Source: Carcharhinus longimanus | Lineage: Eukaryota | Length of the DNA stretch: 54,860 nt | Direction of reading: 5' to 3' | Assembly (NCBI GenBank): GCA_030264375.1 | Contig: JASCQW010000128.1 | Span: 17,330,463 to 17,385,322 of the forward strand | In this document: piece after piece, positions 48,620-54,860 of the stretch | Layout of the letters: every line of letters starts with the position of its first letter | Position numbering within the stretch: position 1 is the stretch's first letter | Position numbers and translations under genes: made by a program | The notes under the pieces: model-generated | The model's database searches: none | Told to the model about the DNA's origin: nothing | What the model saw: the letters and a program-made list of their open reading frames with translations, nothing else

Positions 48620-49180
48620 AACTGGATGAACTAGTGGCAGAAATGGAGAGACAAGTTTTAGTTTTAATTGCCATTGCAAAGACATGATTTCAAAATGTCC
48701 AAGATTGGGAAACATTCCAGGATCCACAACATTTTGAAAAGATTACAGAACAGAAAATGAGGAGAATTCCTTAATAGTAAAGGATAACATAAGGATTTAA
48801 AGATCAGAAAGTAGAATCAGTATCGGTCTAGATCAGGAATAACAAGGGTCAGAAAATGCTGCTTGGAGAACTTTATACTGTAGATTGATAGTTGGAGAGA
48901 GCATTACCCAAAAAATAATTTGAGCTTGTAACAAAAGCAATGTAATAATTGTGGGGGATTGTAACCTTCATATAAACTGGATGAATCAAATTGACAAATA
49001 GATTTGCAGAATGCTTTCTTGACAGTTTCCTGGGACCAACTAGAGATAAAGCTATTTTAGATCTAGTATTATGTAATGAGGCAGTTAATTAGTAATTGCA
49101 TAGTAAAATATTTGCTTGGAAAAAAGGTTAAAATATAATTGAATTCAATATTAAATTTGAAAGTAACATAATCTAGTTCC
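48620..49180 (+). mobile_element. CR1 endonuclease fragment
   Basis: NVIIVGDCNLHINW; PTRDKAILDLVLCNE. Confidence 0.7.
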
Positions 49181-49865
49181 AAAGAGTGCAAAGATCTTGG
49201 AGGTTTATAGGACTAGTGGAGATGACAGAGTTGTGGAGGGGAGAAGCCATGAAGACTTTACATTAAAATATCAGGCATGCAGTGTAACGTATGGGAGATA
49301 GGTCATTAATAGTATGCGCGGTCTTTCTTGGAACACTGACTGAAATAGGAGAGTTATGAAGACAAGTGGAGAATTATCTTTGGGCTAATGACTTAATTAT
49401 AAATGCCAATTTTTAAAAATTACTTTGGCTTCAATATTATAAATGTTAATCATCAATTAGTGTCTATTTGGGAAACCTCCTGAAATGGGTCCCATAAACT
49501 CTGAAAGGCTGTAAAAACATACTTAACAGATCAAGCCCTCTCTTTCTTCCACTGACTACTGTCAGTTGCTATTTATCAATTTAATCCCCAGAAGAAAATT
49601 CTAAACAGTCCCTCAATAATTTCCAAAGGTAAGCTGAGCAAAACTCAATGTTGATCTAACACTGCAGCCCACATGCAACTTTGGATCAGTTTTCTTCATT
49701 GCTATCAGAATTACATGTTCTTAACAGCTTACAAAACTTTCAATTTCTTTGCTCACGTTCATTCAAACAAACCTCATCAAATAATCATACAGATGTGTTT
49801 AAAAAGATATTCATTGATAGAGTGCAAATTATTTGTAGCTGGAAATAAATTCCACATATTCATGT

Positions 49866-50180
49866 GGGCGGCATGGTGGTGCAGTGGTTAGCACTGCTGC
49901 CTCACAGTGCCAGGGACCCAGGTTCAATTCCAGCCTTGGATCATTGCCTGTGTGGAGTCTGCACTTTCTCCCTGTGTCTATGTGGGTTTCCTCCGAGGTT
50001 TCCTCCCACAGTCCAAAGATGTGCAGGTTAGGGTGATTGGCCATGCTAAATTGACCCTAGTGTCAGGGGGAGTAGCAGGGTAAATGAGGGTTATAGGAAT
50101 AGGGCCTGGGTGGGATTGTGGTCAATACATACTTGATGAGCTGAATGGTCTCCTTCTGTACTGTAGGGATTCTGTGATTA
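49866..50180 (+). mobile_element. HE1-type V-SINE, near complete
   Basis: gggcggcatggtggtgcagtggttagcactgctgcctcacagtgccagggacccaggttcaattcc head, V-core, CR1-like tail ccttctgtactgtagggattctgtgatt. Confidence 0.9.
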
Positions 50181-50409
50181 CTTTTAGGAATGGCTAAAAT
50201 TCTTACAACCAAGTCTTATTTGTGTCTAGTTAATTTTAAGGTCCAATCTACCCATTCAGTTGTTTAGATATTCGTTGCAAAGTGTTAACACTGTTTTCCT
50301 TTCCTTGTCTTTGTGTTGAGACTGAATCCTTTGAACTTAATTACAATCAATCTGTTCATGATTTTTGGAGCCTTTTAACCAATTTTGCAGTCATTATTTC
50401 CACAAGTAT

Positions 50410-50680
50410 AGGACTAGGAGCACAATTTTAAGATTAGAGCTAGACTTTTCAGGTGTGAAATTGGAAACTACTTCTTCATGCAAAGGCTGGAACTCTCTTT
50501 TACAAATGACAATCAATAGTAGATTAATTATTGATTTTAAAACTGAGATTCATAATCTACAGGTGTGAAGGGATATCGGGAAAAAGTTGGTACATTGAGT
50601 TAATTTGATCAGCCATGATCCCACTGAATGGCAGAATAGGTTCCTGGGGCTAAATGGTTTATTCTTGCTCCTATTGTCCT
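50410..50680 (+). mobile_element. Old CR1 3' fragment
   Basis: gatcagccatgatcccactgaatggcagaatagg...attcttgctcctattgtcct. Confidence 0.6.
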
Positions 50681-51061
50681 TCCTAACTATACCTGCAAGC
50701 ATGTGTTTTCCTGAGAGATTAAGGTGATAGTTTTCTTAATTTATAATTAAATCTTACTTGTCTCCTCTCATTCCCTTCAACATTTTCAATGCTCATCCCA
50801 CCAATCACTTCCCCATTTAAACTTCCTAGCCATCCCGCCCCACAGCCATCAGAATCATTTTCAGCTCTCATGTATTTCTCCACAGTTTAATGAACCAAGA
50901 CTCAAAATCAATCTACAGGATGCCCCTGACATGGAATTTTTTATTTTTATCACAGATGACCAAGTGCACTTAGTTTGTGTGGTTCTTTGTATGTTGAAGT
51001 TCAGAATAAGCTCACAATGGACTTCACAGTAATACTCAGTGACACACTGATAGTTTCACAA

Positions 51062-51430
51062 AACAACAACTTGTATTCATATAGTGCCTTTTACAAAGTG
51101 AAATATCACAGGCAATTCACAGAAGCGTATTCTACAAAATTTAGCAACAAGCCACGTAAGGAGATATTAGGACAGCTGACTGAAAGCTTGGTCAAAGAGG
51201 TAGGTTTTAAGGAGTACCTTGAATGAGAAAAGAGGGGCATGACCACTAATGAACATTGAAAATCAGAGATGTACAAGATTTGAGGAAGCACAGAAATCTT
51301 GGTGGGGCTAGAAGACACTGGGGAGAAAGCCACATAAAGAGATTTGAACTTAATAATGAGAATTATGAATTTGAAGCATTGGCAGACCTGGAGTGAGCAC
51401 AGGGATGTAAGGTGGTTGGGACTGGATGCC
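51062..51430 (-). mobile_element. L2-type LINE 3' fragment
   Basis: aacaacaacttgtattcatatagtgcctttta tail; aaagcttggtcaaagaggtaggttttaaggag; minus strand FKFIILIIKFKSL. Confidence 0.7.
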
Positions 51431-53049
51431 AGATATACTGGCAAAACTTCAAACATGGAATCTCATGCTTGACCACTGCAACTGGTTCAATCATTACAGA
51501 TTTCTACAGGGTAACAATTACCGTAAAATGAACTAATCTCTCGTTAAGGCTAACATTCTCCTTGCCAAAAGATTATGTCTGTTTCAGAGTTTTCCACTAT
51601 TGCCATCAATACCGATCTTGATATCCAATTTGTACAGGACTGAACATGAATAACTGTTTCTATAGCAACAATTGTCATGAATCTTGTTAATTCTTGTGCT
51701 AATTTCACTGAACCTTCCTGATAATTCCCATGAGCTTTCTCCAATAGAGGCCTTTCTGTCATTCCATACATAGCTTTTACTTTAAAATGATTCAAGCCAA
51801 ATCTGTAACACTTCTTAATTGTGTACTCGGTTTACTGTGGTAAAACATTTTACATGTTTCTAACTGCGACCTAGGGTTATCTTTCTGCAGCACAATTTTC
51901 TCAGTGAAATGTTCAACCTTCAACATGCTTTAAAAAATATATAATCTTAAAATTATGTTAATGGATGAACATGTGCCTGAAAGGGAAAGTATTTGAAGAT
52001 CTTGTAAAATATTACTTGGATTGCAAGAATTGACAAATCCTTGGGAGCTTGGAAGAACACCAGGGCAAGGACCAAATTAATTAGAATTGTTCATTCAATC
52101 AGATTTCCTGTCAATGCATCAGCACTCAATGCAAAAGTTAATCAACTGCATTTCTTCCAGAGGACACTGCAACAGGTAACAATCAATAAGAGCATTGGCA
52201 GAGTTTGAGTGTTAATACATTTATAATTTAATTTGATCTATAGGTCAATTTTAGGACATAATGGATTGCTGGTTCAAATTGCCTTCATCTTCAAAGACTC
52301 CCCCAAAGTGTGATATAATACTGTCTTCCGTGTGATACTGGCATAATAGGATCACATTCTCAAATTCCTGGTCTCACTGCCTTTATCTCTCTATTTCTGG
52401 TCCAGAAATCCTGATGCACAATGGATAATAAGACCAGTAATATCATCATTTACATTTTATCTACTACGTGTAAAGGAAACACCAACACATATTACTAATA
52501 ATTTAATAACATTAGATATAATTTGATGTATTATTAGTACTATTGTGTTTTCAATATGAATTATTTGTTTGCAGTTCCTTTTTGTGATGAGCAACAACTC
52601 TTTTAGTTTGGAAAGTCTACAATAAGCTGGTACATTTTATTTCTGTGTGACATTCAGAAACAAGGCACACCAGAACCAGAATTTTTCTCAATGAAAACAT
52701 TCATGTAAGATTTTAGAAAATTGTGCAAAGCAATTTCTGAAGCAAACAGAGGTGTAAATATAATCATAGGCAATATTTGAGTTTTTTAAACAACCAATGC
52801 TCAAGGACAGGAATCTCTGGTCCAACTGTACACACCAGAAATTAAAATGGTGGAAGACTGCAACTTATAACCTGATTAAAGGGATCTTACTGGGAGAGCA
52901 ACTGACCTGTACACAAAAGCTTAGAGCACTTTGTCTCCTTTAGAAGGGACATATAATGGCCGGAAAATATTGGAAAATCTATGCCATGTTTTATAATATC
53001 AATGCTATAGATAAGTGACTTCTATGATCCCTTGCAAAAAACTGACATC

Positions 53050-53302
53050 ATAAGAACATAAGAACATAAGAAATAGGAGCAGGAGTAGGCCATCTGGCCC
53101 TTCGAGCCTGCCCCGCCATTCNNNNNNNNNNNNNNNNNNNNNNNNNNNNNNNNNNNNNNNNNNNNNNNNNNNNNNNNNNNNNNNNNNNNNNNNNNNNNNN
53201 NNNNNNNNNNNNNNNNNNNNNCTTTTTAATTCCATTCCCAGCTTCTCATATTCCCTCCCCAGATCCTCAGTCCGCACTTTGCCTACGTCGCCGGAACCAA
53301 TA
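53050..53302 (-). mobile_element. Young CR1 LINE spanning a 100-N gap (3' tail left, ORF1 esterase right)
   Basis: Left of the gap: (ataagaac)n aaataggagcaggagtaggcc tail. Right of the gap, minus strand: IGSGDVGKVRTEDLGREYEKLGMELK (HIGTND..REL G.KLK block). CpGs retained. Confidence 0.75.
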
Positions 53303-53304
53303 CA

Positions 53305-53660
53305 CAGGGAAGGCAATCACGTGGTGGCACTGGACTAGTAATTCAGAGACCCCAGGACAAGATCTGGGTTCAAATCCAACCCAGCAGATGGTGAAATTTG
53401 AATTCAATAAAATAAATCTGGAATTAAATGTATAATGATAACTGTGAAACCATTGTTGATTGTCGTAAAAACCCATGTGATTCACTAATGTTCCTTAGGG
53501 AAGGAAGTCTGCCATCCTTATCTGGTCTAGTCTATACTTGACTCCAGATCCACAGCAAAGTGGTTGATAAGCAGATGCCCTCTGAAATTGAGGACAGTAA
53601 ATGGACAATAAATGCTGGCCCAATCAGTGATGGTGACATCTCATAAAAGAATAAAAAAAA
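53305..53660 (+). mobile_element. tRNA-derived SINE, near complete
   Basis: cactggactagtaattcagagacccc...gggttcaaatccaacc head; core ggaaggaagtctgccatcctta; tail caataaatgctggccc...gaataaaaaaaa. Confidence 0.85.
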
Positions 53661-53854
53661 ATTATATGACAACCCACATTATCAGTTTGAAAGCATTTCA
53701 CATATGAAGTTCAAAGACTATTGATTTGTAGATACAGTTTGGACGCAAAGCTCCAGTATAACTGAGGGCTTGGAATGCTGCATTGAGCTCGAGTTTGGAT
53801 TTACAAGCCAGTTAAATGGTCAATTAAAGAATAAATGGGTTTTTATTTATATAG

Positions 53855-54345
53855 AAGCAAAATACTGTGGACATTCACATCAGAAATAGAAACAGAAAAT
53901 GCTGGAAATCCTCAGCAGGTCAACATCAATGGAGCTAGAGACTGTTAGTGTTCAGATGGATGATCGATTACCAGAACTGGAAGATGTTAGAGATTTAACA
54001 GATTTTAAGCAAGTATAATGGAAGTGGAAAAGGAAGGGGAAGGAAGAAAAAAAGGCAATGTCTAAGAGTGGGTAGAAATCTGGAGTGATGAAATTATGAA
54101 AAGGATGATGGTGCAAGGCAAAAGAGGATGAGAATGGAACATATAAGAAAAGAAGAGGCGAGCGCAGAGAAGGTGGAACAATTGAACCACTGCCAACATC
54201 TGTCTGGAGAAAAATAAGGACAGTGGTTATTGATCTAAAATTGTAGAATCAATGTCAAGTCCAACAGCTTGTGAATTGCCTAGTCGAAAGAAGAGGTACT
54301 TCTGCACTGGTACAATGTGGAAAGTCAAGAACAGGGAGGCTTGAG
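53855..54345 (-). mobile_element. Old Penelope-like element 3' part
   Basis: aaatgctggaaatcctcagcaggtc terminus; aatcaatgtcaagtcc...ctagtcgaaagaagaggtac, the reverse of the YLxFRLG..GLxI block. Confidence 0.6.
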
Positions 54346-54577
54346 CAGAAGTTGGAAGATAGATATTCCATTATATCTATATATATTTGAGTATTGAAAA
54401 TGCACAAGGCTTCAGTTCACACTAATAACTTATTTTGAGCACTAATACAGGAACTTGTGCAACTGGACTTGCAGAGATAAGTCCCAAGTACTTTTAATAT
54501 TAACAGCTACAAAATTTCATTATTAATAACACAAAACAACTTTCCTGTCCAACCTCAAGAAATGCAATTAAACTCAA

Positions 54578-54685
54578 TGGCTGGAGTTTTACTGCCCACC
54601 CATGGGAATCGGAGCGGGCGAGGGGCAGACCATGGAAAGGTCCGTTGACCTTGGTTTTGGGATGAGCGAGGCCATAAAATCCCAT
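54578..54685. mobile_element. MITE-like non-autonomous DNA element
   Basis: GC-rich, CpG-bearing 100-bp island with imperfect inverted ends (ggagttttac / taaaatcc). Confidence 0.4.
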
Positions 54686-54706
54686 GTTAATTAGACCTGG
54701 TTTAAC

Positions 54707-54860
54707 TATAGAAACATGGAACATAGAACTGTACAGCACAGTACAGGTTCTTCGGCCCTCGATGTGTGCCGATCTATGTCCGGACCCAAGATCAAGCTAT
54801 CCCACTCCCTATCATTCTGGTGTGCTCCATGTGCCTATCCAATAATCGCTTGAAAGTTCC
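54707..54860 (-). mobile_element. Young CR1 3' end running off the window
   Basis: atagaaacatggaacatagaactgtacagcacagtacaggttcttcggccctcgatg. Confidence 0.8.

Noticed and set aside
49590-49635. Plus-strand donor CAAAG|gtaagc
   Set aside because: Weak acceptor and an unrecognisable 37-nt segment; isolated signal.
49866-49935. tRNA-like sequence
   Set aside because: It is the tRNA-derived head of a SINE, continuous with the V-core, not a tRNA gene.
51550-51795. 81-aa minus-strand ORF with coding-like composition
   Set aside because: Only a vague resemblance to a LINE endonuclease; no motif or splice sites I can defend.

Overview
Eukaryotic, AT-rich, CpG-depleted, gapped (N runs) draft genomic DNA. 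The repeat content (HE1-type V-SINEs, HER1/CR1 LINEs with GTTCTAT-type tails, Deu-type SINEs, L2, RTE, L1, Penelope-like elements, Gypsy remnants, solo LTRs) points to a cartilaginous fish, most likely a shark. There is no intact multi-exon gene, RNA gene or prokaryotic system. Nearly all listed ORFs are decayed retroelement fragments, chance ORFs or artefacts of N runs. The best non-repeat signals are three short ATG-to-splice-donor segments on the minus strand (315-341, 7374-7388, 37950-37982). All three are phase 0, and two have an upstream ARE/MARE motif, so the window may be the 5' intronic region of an unidentified gene with alternative first exons. The most unusual repeat is an L1-type element with 5'UTR and ORF1 but no ORF2, followed by a ~640 bp array containing 15 same-strand CAGGAT motifs. 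Family assignments come from recognised motifs, not database searches, and most repeat boundaries are approximate.
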